Part shown: piece by piece, positions 49,480 through 63,920 of the stretch | Numbering within the stretch: position 1 is the first letter of the stretch | How the letters are laid out: every line of letters begins with the position of its first letter | Assembly: GCF_006345805.1 (NCBI RefSeq) | Contig: NC_043007.1 | Span: forward strand, 64,170,001 to 64,234,000 | DNA length: 64,000 bases | Direction of reading: 5' to 3' | DNA from: Octopus sinensis | Taxonomy: Eukaryota | Translations under genes and position numbers: made by a program | The notes under the pieces: model-generated | The model's database searches: none | The model's input: the letters and a program-made list of their open reading frames with translations, nothing else | What the model was told of the DNA's origin: nothing

Positions 49480-51258
49480 TATCTCAAATAAGGGATTTAT
49501 TCAATTTGATGTACAAATTTTTTAATTAATTTTTTTTAACTAAACACTTTGAAACTTCGGATACTGGTAGAATGTGTCATGTAGAACAGGGTTTACTCTT
49601 AACATTTTGACAAAATTTTGTATTTTAGAAATTATTTCGTGTTAAAGTTGTATTTGGGTAATTTTAACCAATCAATGACATGTATTCAACTGAAGAAAAT
49701 TACTGCTGCTGTTTGCGAACAACTTCTGGGTTCATTGATAAAATGATGAGTCTTTGACAGCAGAAAAATTTAAACTGAAAATCTCCCCTAACAAAACCCT
49801 TCTTTAATGACCAGAGATGATTTTATAGCAACATATATGAGAATGTGTCTGTCTGTCTGTCTATCTATCTATCTTTTTGTCTATCTATCTATCTTTCTGT
49901 CTATCTATCTATCTACCTACCAACTTAACCCCCCCACACACACACATTAATAATAGGCAGAAGTTACAGAATGACAATGGCCAAATTTGTTTCATAGGTG
50001 CCAATAAACAAAACTCTCAGCTTTTGACTTACTCTCTAACTTCTGATGATATATATACATAAGTATATGTGCAAAAAAATCTCATCATGCAATTGAACCA
50101 ATGAAAAAGCCTCTACTTGATCACTTGACACGCTAAAAATAGCAGCCAACTTATCCCCCTACCTAAATCACACACCCATTGTATGTAATGTTGTAGATTA
50201 TCCCTAAAAAGACAGTTTGCTGAAGGCTGGAATGTCTTTGATGATAGGTTTGCTGTATCAGGGTTGATTTGAGGCTAAATAACAACAAAATTATTACTGA
50301 GACAAACCAACGACGGAGCCTGTATGTTGTTGTATGACAACAATATATAATATCCAGTGTTGTACGAGAGTAGTTTCATGGATCTTACAGATTTTTTAAT
50401 TAATTTTTTTTAACTAAACAGTTTGAAACTTTGGATACTGGTTGAATGTGTCAGAGATTTTTCTATTCTGTATATAAAAAAAGTTTAGCTACTTTTTCTA
50501 GCAGGTTATGCAACAACATACAGGCTCCATTGTTGGTCTGTCTCAGTAATAATTTTGTTGTTATTTAGCCTCAAATCAACCCTGATACAGCAAACCTATC
50601 ATCAAAGACATTCCAGCCTTCAGCAAACTATTTTTTGAGGGATAATCTAGGACATTACATACAATGGGCATGTGATTTAGGTAGGAGGATATGTTGGCTG
50701 CTATTTTTAGCATGTCTAGTGACCAAGTAGAGGCTCTTTCATTGGTTCGATTGCATGATGAGATTTTTTTGCACATATATGTATGTGTATATATCATCGG
50801 CAGAAGTTAGAGAGTAAGTCAAAAGCTGAGAGTTTTGTGTATTGGCACTTTGGCCGTTGTCACTCTGTAACTTCTGTCTATTATTAATGTGTGTGTGTAT
50901 GTATATAGATAGATAGACACATTATCATATATGTTGCTATAAAATCATTTCTGGTTATTAAAGAAGGGTTTTGTTAGGGGAGATTTTCAGTTTAAATTTT
51001 TTTATTGAAGACTCGTTTTGTCAGTGGACCTGGAAGTTGTTGTTTGCAAACAGTAGCAGTAATTTTCTTCAGCTGAATATATGTCATTGATTGGTTAAAA
51101 TTACCCATATACGACAACTTTTATATGAAATAACTTCTAAAATACAAAATTGTCAAAAACTACATGACACATTCTACCAGTATCCGAAGTTTCAAAGTGT
51201 TTAGTTAAAAAAAAATTAATTGAAAAATCTGTACGTCAAATTGAATAGATTTGAGATA
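49480..51258. repeat. ~1.8-kb composite inverted repeat (arms about 860 and 755 bp)
   Basis: 49480-50338 is the reverse complement of 50505-51258, including a MITE-like terminus, microsatellites and a SINE tail; the spacer holds a third partial terminus at about 50385-50452. Confidence 0.9.
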
Positions 51259-52870
51259 AGTTAATAAGGTTACATAATTTTTTGAGATTATTAACCTCCT
51301 TTTTTCGAGATGAATACTTTTAAATATTTTCACTTGTTCATTGGCATTTAAAAATTCTTATGTTCTTAAAGATTTGAAATCAGTTTGTTTCAACTTAAGG
51401 AGTGTGGAATAATTATGAAGAAGTTAGTTAATGTTGTGCAAGAAACAATCTAATTTTTATGTATATCGAGGTAATGTCTTCTTAGCTGACTAGATCTGTA
51501 GTAGTCATCTGGCAAGGTTTGGAGTCTTTTGACAGGGTGTTAGTTTTCTTAAAAGTGCTGTGGCTCAAGTGTATTTCAGAGATTGAGTGGGTTTCTGATG
51601 AACTAAAACAATCCAAACTTAGATCTTTGAACAAAGAAATAAATTAGTATTGACATTTAAAGAAAAAAGATGAGAAATTAGTAATTTTATAGTATAAGAT
51701 AGTGATGGGTAGCAATGAGGGTAGATAAATAAATGCAAAGGATATTCTAGAATAAGGTAGTTAAGATTGACCTTTTGAGAAGAGGGAGTAATTGTAGTAG
51801 GAGGTCTTAATGCAATGGTACAAATGGTTGAGTGCCTGCCTAAATACTTCAAATTTATTCTGTTTTGAGTTCACATTGCACTTAAGTCAATTTATTTTTT
51901 TCATTCCTCCATAAAATAATACTAATCATTCTGGGAAGGGGGGTGATTTTATATCAAACTTCCCAACAAATTTGTGATTCTGTCCAATATATATATATAT
52001 ATATATATGAGGGAGGTAGTGGTAGTGATTTGATAGGAACAGTAGAGTAAGTATTGGACTGAATGATTTCAAGTATTTAGTTTTTCCTGTTTCAAGTTAA
52101 AATTCTGCAAAAATTTACTTTATTTTTACAGCTCTCTGAGTTGATAAAATAAATTATTAGTAATGTATTGGAATTAATTTTCTCAACTACTCCCCTCCCT
52201 TATAAATGATCCTTTCAACTATGGGCACAAGACCTGAAATTTTTAAGAAGGTAATAAGTTACAATGGCCCTAGTGCTCCACCTATACTCATTTCATTGAC
52301 CCCAAAAGCGAAAAAGTTGATCTTGGAGGAATTTTAGCTCAGAATGTAAAGATGGATGAAATATTGCTCAGCATTTCATCTTGCATGCTAATGATTCTGC
52401 CAGCTTGCCATCTTCCCTTGTTTTTTTTATGAATAATATTTAATTAGCTATGTCCCTCCTTCAGCTTTGTCTCCTCTTTGTAAATTTTTGGTCATGTGTT
52501 CAAGCAGCTTCATCAAATGTGATGCTGTTATATTCCACAGAAATATGTTATTGAGTTTATGACTTAGAAATGTGGCTAAATGAAATATTCATTGTGTAAC
52601 TTCATGTGAGGTCCTGTTACTATACATCCAACAAAGAAAATTGATTTTAAGATTGTAAAATGCATTTCCAAAAGGCTTTTAAAGGTTAGTACATGTTTAA
52701 TCCTGGTTTGAAGGAGGAAATGAATGAAAAATCTTTTCTTAGATTATATATAACATTGATCAGAAATTTATTCTTGATTGCTAAGTGAAATGATTTAGTG
52801 TGGGATGGATGTTCAACCCAGAAACAATGACATAACTGTAGATTCGAACTTGATTATTTCACCTTTGCAG

Positions 52871-52917
52871 ATTTCAAGATTATAGAAACTGCATAAAATG
52901 TTAGTGAGATGAAAATG
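52871..52917 (+). other. candidate exon of a plus-strand gene (UTR ending in ATG AAA ATG)
   Basis: Acceptor ATTATTTCACCTTTGCAG|, donor ATG|GTATGC; all three frames are closed upstream of the ATG. Confidence 0.3.
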
Positions 52918-54055
52918 GTATGCAACTAAACAATGAAAATAACTTGCTTAAATACTTATGGGTATTCAAAGAAGATTCTGTGCAATATGAAACCCAATCA
53001 GGAAAACTGAATGGAGAGGATTGACTTGATTTGATCTATATTTTTTGTGGGTAGGGAATTTCTTCAGAAAGAATTGAATTGCATGTATGGAGCACATTTC
53101 AGTTTTGGCCATGTGAATGAAGCTGATGTGGATGAGATTTCTGTGGTTTTAGTTGTGTGATAAGAATTGGTGATGCAAATGGCTGGTTATCTGAGATTTG
53201 TGAACTTCCTAAAGAATGTTTAGATTTAAAATAAAAGGGATAAATCAGTTCTGAAAATCTGTTTGACCCATGATAGTGGGGAAAGCAGGCTGAAAATGTG
53301 ATATCAATAAGAAATGTTATCATTTGCTGAATGCATTTTGAAGGCAAATAATCTTCAATTAACACAATATATGTACTTATAAAATAGTTGACACAAATGT
53401 AATAAGAACACAAAAGAGAATCACCAGTTCCTGCTTTTTTTTATTAACTTTTTATACTCTTTAATGTGTCATTTATGAGTCTTCATCAAAATAACATTAC
53501 TTAAGGCTTTGAGAAATATTTTTTTAGACTACTGAAAAAATGATTCTAAAAAAAATAAGTTTTAAATATTTAAGAGGTGTACATCATTTTAGAATTCTTT
53601 CCAACACGCTTGTTAACATTATTTTTTACTCTCTTCTGGGAAAAAATAAAAGTTACTTTTTAGGTCACTGAAATCATGGGAAGTAAATTTTATTTTCACC
53701 TGAGACTTTTAAAGATTTATAAATTGGAAAGTTACAGATAATAGCAGTGTTTACTAAGAGGAGCGTTTGTGTGTATTCTAAATGGGGATTTCTTTGTCTA
53801 TTTGTTGAGGGGGGGGGGTGACCTTTTCTATTAATTAAGCATGATATAATTATTTATTGACTTTTAATTGCCTACTAAAATTGTAATTTTGGAGACTTTA
53901 TGGTCATTAGTTCAGTATATTAATATCACAAGGGAGTGTTACCTTCATTTAAATTGGTTCAGTGTATTACAAATATATTTGCCAGCTGTGGAGGGATGAA
54001 TGACAGTTAACCCTGAATGTAAAAAGATAAATATTGTAAGACTTTGTTCTGGCTG

Positions 54056-54087
<32 letters not shown>

Positions 54088-55544
54088 ACAACAACAACAA
54101 CAATAATACCACTACCATTTAACATTTTAAAACTAGTGCTTTGGCAGTTTTGTGTGTGTCTTTACATTTGTTTTTCCATGATAGCATGAATTTGATGGAA
54201 CTTTTTAAGGCAGTGTAGTTGCCCTTCTTGATGCTAACATTTTTAGTTGCTTCTTATGACACACATTACCTATTCTAGAATCTGGGATAATATATGTTAT
54301 CTTAGTGGTAATAAACATGATATATAGTATATACATGAAGAAAGAGTGTATATAATGTATTAAGCCAACCAGAATCAGAACTCATCTGTTACATTAAAGT
54401 TCCCAATCTCCAAAATTATTTCTTGTGATTCAATATGCCAACACTAATTAAAGAGAAAACTGTAGAAGATGTAGCCGAATTTCACACTGATGTGGTGATA
54501 CTGGTCTAACATTCACTACCTTTGAGATGAAATGTTAGTTTCTTTGGTTAAGCTTAAGTACTAATTTGAAAAGTCATATTAAAAGGTACTTTGATATTAT
54601 CAGTAATGCAGTTGTTCAGTGTATGATACAGGCTTCAATTCCTGAAGGTGGTTCTGTACACTTTTTCTTTTTTTTATATTGTTTTCATAAATGTATAGTT
54701 TACAGTTTATTATATTATAAAAATCTTAAACTGTTTAGATTGCAGGTTATGATATTATTTCAGCCACAAACATAGAACTCCAGTGTGATAGTAGATTGTG
54801 TTAGTGTTGGAGTAATCTGTTTGCTGGTGGTTAAATGTTTACTAAAATACTTAGTCAGCAATATGGTCATCCTCCATACACATTGTTGACTCTTGAAGGC
54901 AGTTCTGTTCACGTTTGTGTCATATTTGTAAGTGTGGTAAATGTAATTATTTGATATATTAATAATAATAGTCCATGGATGGAATTTATAAATATTTTAG
55001 TGCATTGCTACGTGCATTTCCACAAATGACATGTTTCTTATGATCATAGTCCATGTTCCTGGGATAATTACAGTGCCGTTCACAGTATCCATGGACATTG
55101 GGTGAATCATATTCATGTGTTCATCTCCTTGGGCAATATGGCATTAATGTTGGAAGCAGCAAATGTATAACTGAAGGTTGATTATCAAGTTTGACCAATG
55201 TAAAGGTTGATTGGAGTATGTGGGCAATATTGTGGGGAGGAGTAAAAGGTGATGGAAAGAGAAAGGAATGGAAATTATAAAGAAGAGGGAGGTGTGTGTG
55301 TGTGATGATGTTAGACTTATTTTGATATTTGAGTATGCAGATGTCAGAATGGATAGTATAGTTCATTGGTTTGACCTTAGTCACAGTAGGCATCTCCTCA
55401 ATGAAGTGATATGTAGTAGGGTTAGTAAGTACAGCTATTCTGTTGTTGGCATCACTAGGCTGTAGCTGGCATAATAGAATAGGAGCTTTTATATGCATGC
55501 TCAAAAATGTTTCCCTGTAAATGAACTTAAAAGGATATATCATC

Positions 55545-55870
55545 ATTTATTGTGCATTGTCTATATTGGCATGGGTTAGACAGTTTGATCAGAGCTGGCA
55601 AGCTGAGGTGTTGCACCAGACTTCAGTCTGACTTGGCATGGTTTCTATGACTGGATGCCCTTTCTAACGCCAACTACTCTGAGAGTGTAATGGGTGCCAG
55701 TTGTGTGACACCAGTATCTGTCATAACTGCAGTTTCACTTGGCTTGATTGGTCTTCTACTCAAGCATGGCACATTGCCAAAGGTTTCGGTCATTTGTTAT
55801 TGCCTCTGCCTCTGTGAGACCCAACACTCAAAAGGTGCTTTTTACATGCCATTAACATGGGTGCTAGTTA
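55545..55870 (-). mobile_element. RTE 3' UTR-derived element
   Basis: Reverse-complement RTE tail (GGATGCCCTTTCTAACGCCAAC.ACTC.GAGAGTGTA.TGGGTGC) with the GTGCTTTTTAC.TGCCA motif. Confidence 0.65.
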
Positions 55871-58800
55871 CACAACACCTGTGTGTGTATGTGTGTGCAC
55901 ACGCGTACATATATATCATCACCTTCTTTAATGCCTACTTTTCCATACTTGCATGGATCAGTTTGAAGCAGATTTTCTACAGATTAATGCCCTTCCTGTT
56001 GCCAACCCTTACCTATTTCCATGCATGGTAATATGGCCAAACATGTCTTTACTGAATATTGGAAATGAATGACATTCATGATGTCAAGACAAACATACAC
56101 AAACTTGCACACAGTCATATTTACAAGCACACACAAATATGCATATATACAATAGACAACATTCAAAAATCAGAATTAGTATTATATTATTATAATGCCA
56201 AAACTGGTATATCAAATCCATTCTGATTTTTACTCTTTATGCAGGCTCTCACATATTGTATCAGTTATTGGGCATATATGCTACTATGGTTCAAGAAAGA
56301 TTGAAAATAATTTAAACTTGTATGTGAGAAATGTGCCCACATTTTATCAGTCACCACTAGTGTCAATAATAGTCTATTTTACTTGGCTGTTTTGCTGCAG
56401 AATCTCCCTTAAAATCTCCTATCCTGAGTGTTGAGTCCTGATAATGAAATAGCTTGTGTAAGAAAAATGCTTGTTGATATGCCAGTCATGAGAAATTTTG
56501 CGATTTTACTTTTATTTGTGAAAATTATTTTGTTGGTTTACATTTAGGGGAGTATACTAATAATAAACATGGGAATTCCATGAATAAGCTGTCAGTTGGG
56601 TGATAGATTCAATGTTAATTTCAGTGTAGTAGCATAGAGGAATAGTTCTGTTCCTTAAATATATGGAAAAGGTATAACATTTTAAAGCTTTAAATTTGTT
56701 TCTTTTGGGTGTTACTTAGAATCACAAATTGTTTGCTAATATCACTCATTTGAGTATGGTAAGTAAAAAATAATAATAATGGCAAAGTTTTGATATGTTG
56801 GATGGAGGATGAAGAAAATAATAATGATAATAATGGAAATGGTGAAGTTAGCAGTTATATGCAATCAGATTTATCTCAGTCATCTGTAATAACAGCTTCT
56901 GGACTGTGAACAAGACAAAATTCTGACCATTTCTAGTTGTACACAAGTATCCTGTGGATTTGGATACACACATACACGCTATTTTTTATTTTTATCTTCA
57001 TAGTTTAATGAAATGAAAATTGTAAGTGAAGAGAAACGAGAATTGAGACCAAATAGCAAACTTATCTGCGGTGAAGACAACAGTAATGATTGTTTATATA
57101 TATATGTGCTCAGGTATGACAAAATGTGATTGTGTGGCCATCTTAGCTTTTCTGAAAACTCTTAGCAACTTAAGAGGACGAAAGCTGAGCAAGGTTAATA
57201 TATTTCAAGATTAGTAGCATTGATAGTAAAAGCCAGAGACGTGTGTGCATGTGTGGGGATTAGCTGAGTTGTTAGAGCATTGATTAAAATGCCTTGTATT
57301 TATTCTGGCTTTTTATGCTCTAAGTTCAAATCCCATTGAGATAATGTTTGCCTTTCATCCTTCCTTTTATGGTCAGTCAATAAGTGCCAATCCAGAGTAA
57401 TTGATTATCAGAATTGCTAGTGTTTGAGATGCCCTGACATATCTATTCTGGCTCTCTATGTTATGAATTTATTTACAACCTTCGTACCAAGTTGTATTGG
57501 ATCTGCTGTTCGCTTGAACACCAACCATCAGTAGCATAGAGAGGGGCAACTGCTGGTCTTACAAAAACTTTTTCCAGGTATGTATCCTGGAAAGGATCTT
57601 TCCAAGTGCTTTATATAATCAACCCCTACCAGTGGAAGCCTTCATATATGTAAACATACATGTTCAAATATAGAAAGATCATGACAACCAGGAAATTTTC
57701 ATTATATGTCTTCTCTATCATGGCTGGCTTAGGGCTAAATAACAACTATAAATGTATCTGGTTAATGAGAAATTGTCTTCAATAGTGGGTTTTTAGTTTT
57801 TCTTGTCATCTGTCTTACTCTTTTCTGTACAGATGTGTGCACTAAATAATCTTTATATATCAAAACCTATGTCACTGCCAAAATGTTACTTAAGGAGTTG
57901 TGATAGCTCTAATGTAAGAAAAAATATGTTGTTTTGAGTTTTAAGAAAATGTACATTGTCCTAAGATTAAAGAAAAATACAATTATTTGTAGTTAAATTT
58001 AATAACTTAATCACAGCTGTAGTCTTTCTGAATATTCTTTTTCAAGGAACTCATTTTGTAAAACCAAACATGTGAACATTCTAAAATCTTATGTGATCCA
58101 TTTACTACTTCAGTATTTGAGTTTCTGAGTCTTTGTTTTAAAATATGCTTCTCATATCCTTTGTATCTTTGTCCTAATACCTTTTAGGATTTATATAAAA
58201 TATGATCATTGACAAAAATATTCTTCTTTTCAATATATGATCAAATTTCTTGATGTTTTTGCTATTTCCCCTCATGACTTGTATAATCTGTCTAGGGCCA
58301 AGGAATTTTCATGTAAGGGAAATGGAAATGCACTTTGGTTAAGTCATCTTTTCTAAGCCTCTCTCCATGTTGATTAAGCAGTTTTGACTGGGTTACCATA
58401 ATCACACAACCCACTCATCCAGATGTCCTGTATGCAGCATTAGATATGTGGCTTCCAGTGTCATGTTTCACTTATCATTTACCCACCTTTCCTATCATTG
58501 CAGGGCTTGATGAATGGTTGAGAGGGATGATTGTAGTTGTAAGTCTGTCAGTTGGACTGCAAAATGGATTTCTTTAGGTGTTGTGAAGCATTCACAATAC
58601 TGGCCCCACCTTTAGCACTTGGGTTTCATTTTCTGTGGTCTAACCAGCCTTGATAATAATAAGATCCTTGGATTGTAACTAATACCTTAGTTGCATTAGA
58701 GCTTCCTTTTTTAGACAGATAACCTGACAGGATGAATGAGTTATGTCTGCTTAGGTTTTTGAGTCAGTTTCCTTCAGTTGGGTTGTTGAGCTCATCTAGT

Positions 58801-59097
58801 TATATTACCAGATACTCAGTTGCCCTAAGATGTAGTATATTCTCTGGAAATGAGTGCTACTGACATTTCTGATGATTATCCGTCTGTCAAATCAGACAAT
58901 AGCCATGCTGTAGTCATTTTGCTAGGAAAAGAGAGGCAATATGTTATGTGTGCATTTTCCCTGAGTGAGTAGAAGATCAAGCCTGTAAACCTCACCAGCA
59001 ACTTCAGATCTTAAATGTAGTATGATAAGAATTTAATTGAATTTCTGCAGTATAAGTTGGCTGCCATAGTGGATTGTCTCTTCTATGAATAGAAATT

Positions 59098-59661
59098 AAA
59101 CGTTGTGTGTGTTTGTTTCCTCCACAACATTTTCAAAAAAACTTCCTGGTAAAAATAAAAATAGATAGTCCAATGGTTGAGTATTAGGAGATAAATTGTG
59201 TTGTGAACCAGTGTTTTCTGTGAAATCAGGAACAGTGATTGGTGTTGTAATCTTTGACCATGTTGCCAAGTTTTACGATATCCTTTTCATCACTTTCGTT
59301 CTCAAAATCTTCCTCGTCCGACGATTAATCAGTAATATCAGTATCAGATTCACCTGAAGACATCTTGTTTTCATTTAAATTTTCTAGAATCGCTACTTGC
59401 TGACACCATTTCTTAAACAACTAAGGTACACACTTCTCTTCAAATGTTGAAAAAGCCATGTGGTCTAAACAATTTCACAGTATTTATACTTGAATAAAGG
59501 CAAGAAAGGCTTCATCTTGCATTACCTCAAAGCTTCAAGAATTCAATAACGTGATTTGTTTATTTCTTTAGTGATTTCATAGAGCAGTTGGATACGGCTG
59601 GCTTGAACAAATAAAGGAGAATTCATTTTGGCCAGTTATGGCCGGTTTGAACACTAAAGGG
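59098..59661 (-). mobile_element. piggyBac-family transposon 5' remnant
   Basis: End CCCTTTAG at 59661; acidic N-terminus MSSGESDTDITD*SSDEEDFENESDE from 59363; then WSKITTPITVPDFTENTG...QPLDYLFLFL...NVVEETN, the typical piggyBac P..F..G..P..YF.LF...I..ETN segment. Confidence 0.75.
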
Positions 59662-62600
59662 TGTTCTGAAAATTTTTACATGAAATTTTTGATCAAGATT
59701 GTTTATTCAAAAATGTTTACGAAATACAATTGGGTCTTGTGTACTATTGAGAGTTGAAAAATTGATGTTATCTAAGCAATTAGTCAACAATAATACTCAT
59801 TAAATGTACTTAAAACTTGAAAATGATATGCCCGGTATATAACTCCAATGAGATCAAATAGTTGAAATCTTTCAGAAAATATACAAAATGCAATATGAGA
59901 ATGAATCCTACTATTGAAAGCAATGGACAAAAATATTAAAATATTCTGTACATATGAATGCTATCCACTTACACGGTTAAACGTATATCACTTAGAAATA
60001 GGGAAATTGTGTTGAATAAAGAAAATAAATTTAGATACAACAATCATTATTTTAGAAGGATCACATGCATAACAATTTTGCTATTGCAATTCTAACAGGA
60101 AATTGCATAAATTATAGTGAAATTAGATTTTGCTTTTTTGCATTATAATTATTAATGAGAATCAATTTCATGTAGATTATCAGCTTGATATTGATTGTGT
60201 AAAATATTAAATTAAATAATCTTGGAATAATTTAGAAAATTTGAATTCTATGCTACTAATGTCTGGATGTACTTGATGTTTTAAAATGGCTGGTTCAACT
60301 CTTCATGTCTGAATTGAATTTCTGTTGGCAGAGTCGACTTATTTTTCACCTCCATTCCAATAGAGGAAATGAAGATAATATAATGAATGATTTTTTTTTT
60401 ATTACAGACTAGATAGTTCATAAAAAAAGAAAATGGCAGATAATTATTTTACTATATTTAACATTGTAAAAATGGCCCAGCTGGTTGCTTTGAAAGATCT
60501 AGTTTTGTGTTTTGCATGCTTAAGTTTATATTGGATGAATATTGTCTTTCATCTTGTTAGCTGTGAGGATTTTGTGAAAGTATGAATGATATACTTGGAT
60601 AAATCTTTCCATTGCATGTTTTCTTATAATAGATCAAGAGGCGTTGATAATTATTTTCTCTCTGAGCATTTAGGAAACAAAACATTGCAGAAATGACCAT
60701 TAAAACTTCATTTGTCTGCAACAGCAGCTGTAGTAATAGTGTTGTTTAGCACCAGGTCAGTCCCAGTTGAGCAGACCTATAATCAAGGGCATTCCAGCCA
60801 TGACATGCCTCAGCATGGCCACAGCCTTAAGGCTGAAACATGTAAAAGAGTAAAAGAGCAAGGAACTGAGACCCATTATTCATTTCTAAGATGGTAGGGT
60901 GTGGTTTCAAGCAATCACATAGATGCTCCCCCTTTGGTTTATCAATAATTGTATTAGTTCTCTTCAATTATAGTTAGATTGTGTAAACTCTTTTTCTCTT
61001 AGATTTTACTTTCTCCTTTATGCAGTTTAAAATTTTTTTTTTTTTTTTCATCCTTATATTCCAACTGTTGTTGCTAATGGAGAACTGCTTTTAGCTGGCT
61101 TTTGTTCTTGAAATTGATTTGTTATTTAACAAATATCATTGTGTTGTTGATTCACTTCCACTATCTAAGATATTAGGTTCGACCTTCTTTTAATTCTGTT
61201 CTGGTAATTATTTTGCTTTGATAGGTATCTCATATGACAGGAGTTAAATGCTTTTTGAACATTCCTCTTCAGTCAATGAAACTGCATTTTTAATTAGCTG
61301 CAGAATTGGTAGCATTGGAGAATTATCTTTAACACATTGAGTGCCATGTATAAAATATATGTATACACGACACTTTACAAATGCCCCACATATAAGTATA
61401 TTGTAAACATGTTTTGTCATCAAAAAATGAACTGTATACAGCACTGAAATACTTATACGAATTTGAAAAAAAAAAAAAACATGTGTGGTACACGGGACTG
61501 ATTTACACATTCCCCATGGTACTCATTGTGTTAAGAATTGATTACAGTATATCCAGAAAACTGGGGCCTATTTCTGTCAAATGTTATAAAAATATCTTTA
61601 GAAACTGTCTTTGTTTCTGTTGATGACTTTAGGTCAGCCCTGGTTGAGAAGAAAAATATCATCATCATCATTGTTTAATGTCTGCCTCCCATGCTGGCAT
61701 GGATTGGATGGTTTGATCATTGAACTCAGTTGACTGCTAGTGGTTTGCATCTTGACCAGTTATCAACTTACAGATTTTGATGAACTACAAATTGTTGACA
61801 ACAGAATAGTTTGTCAATATCATAGCATTAAATGTGCACATTGAGTTACTTTTAAAGGTGGGCTTTTATTAGTTTCAAAACTTGCTCTGAGGACCCTCTT
61901 CTATGAAACTGGTTGACTAGTGGAGTTTCCCTTTTTTCTCTTAATCTTGTCATACTTAATAATTTCCGCTACGTATTAAATAAATATCAGTATGACAGTT
62001 ATAATGTTTCTTAAGATATTTGCTTTCAACACAATTTAAGTAAAAAATAATTGATCATCTCAAATTTTCCTAATCTTTTTGTTTTAGTTGTATTCACTTC
62101 CCTTTTTTTGTTTTTATTTTATGTATTTGTACCTTTTTCTGAATATTTTCTGTGTTTGTTATCATAAAAATACATTGTCAAATCTGTATATTATTGATTT
62201 CTAACTTAGGTGCAAAGTTACAAATTTTATGGTGAGGGAATATGGTGAATTAAATTGACTCCTGATATATTGATAGTTATTTCATTGACCTTACAAGAAT
62301 CAAAGGCAAATTCAAAGCTTGATTTGAACACAGAATGTAAAAAGTGGAAATATTGCATATATTTGGCTGGTGCTCTACTGATTTTACCACTCTCTGCTCA
62401 TGTATAACAGTGATTGATAAGATTTACTGAAGCAGAAACTTTGAATAGGTTGTTCATAAGATGATATATTGCTTGGGGTTTTGTTTAGTCAGTGAAGCTG
62501 TTTGTATGTAATTTGTATGCTGAATTAGAAATAATCTGTGTCTTGTAATGTGACTGTAAAGGAATGAAAAAGAAAGCTGTTGTAATATTTACATGAATAA

Positions 62601-63764
62601 GATAGTTTTAATTCAGTATGTTAACATTTTATGTAATGTATTAGAAAATGTCTTATTGTGAGAAATTACCTTTTATACTTTTTATTTCTGTGTATAACTT
62701 TGTTGTTAGTACCAAATTGTTTCTACCAGCTCTTATCAAGTGAAAAGGGATTAGAGCAAAAGGGGTTCAGTATTAATGCAAATAGTATCATATCTGATAT
62801 ATAGTCAATGTTTCAAAGAGCTGACATTATACCTGTTTGACACATTTGTTGCATGCAGTCAGTATTGAGGCAAAAAGAAATTCACAGATGTTTGAGTAAG
62901 CCTGTTGTAACTATAATGTGCACTCTTGTCTTTGATGAAAAGACCTATGGCCAGCATACATGTACAGACAATTGTATTGTATACAAATACATGCTCTTAC
63001 ATATATATGAAAATGTGCATTTTGTCCATGTAAGCCTGTGGATCAAGAATTATAGTTGTGTAACATGTGACAGAGATGAGGCCTCCCTATATATAGCTGA
63101 TAGTTTAGTTTCTAAAATCCCTGAAAAGAATTGTGTTTATTTACTAATGGATTGTGGAATGCCTGTCTTTGTATTGGGTGTGTTTGTTGAATGTGTTTCA
63201 AATGCTCTGTGTTCTGTTAGTGATTAGTACTGAGGTGACCCAGTTCTCTGAAGTGTACATTTTAAGTAATTTTCTTAACATATAATCAACCAGAAAGGAA
63301 AGAAAGCAGTTAAATTTGGTGTGCACCAAACTCATGTGCACTGAACTCAGAGACCTAATCTTATTGAATTAGAATGTGTTTTCTACTATGTCCTGCTACT
63401 ACTTCATGTATGCTTCACATTGTCCAACTGCAGCAATAGTTATTCCTTGAATATAAGTATGAAAATCAAGATTTTTAAAGAAGGGAAACTGAGAGGTTGT
63501 ATCATTCATTTTCCCATTTTAAGTTTTGCTACCATGACACTATTCTAGTTGGTAATAAATTCAGTTTTTCAAGACTGGTTGAAATTAACTAATATTTTAT
63601 CAAGTAGGTATGGAGAATAGGAAACAAGTATTTGAGAATCAAAGGTATATCATGGTTTCAAATAGACAGCAACACTGGTAAATTATATTTTTTCTATTTG
63701 TAGATGGAGTTAAAGTTAATTTAACCTCAGCATATAATTAATATTTTATTAACTCTAAGGCTGT

Positions 63765-63920
63765 GAGCTGGCAGAATCATTAGCATGCTGAGCAAAATGT
63801 TTTGCGACATTTTGTCCATTCTTAGGTTCTGGGTTCAAATTCCACCAGTTGAGTACTGGGGTTGATGGACTAACACCCTCCCTCAAAATTACTGGCCTTG
63901 TGCCAAAATTTGAAACCAAT
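63765..63920 (+). mobile_element. tRNA-derived SINE (family B), internally deleted
   Basis: GGCAGAATCATTAGCATGCTGAGCAAAATG...GTTCTGGGTTCAAATTCC.CC joined directly to AGTTGAGTACTGGGGTTGAT. Confidence 0.7.

Noticed and set aside
51590-51660. CTGATGA...GAAA...GTA on the plus strand
   Set aside because: No helix II or helix I complementarity.
62853-63227. 124-aa ORF in unique sequence
   Set aside because: No recognisable domain, Cys/Val-rich composition typical of TG-rich non-coding DNA, and no clear splice context.
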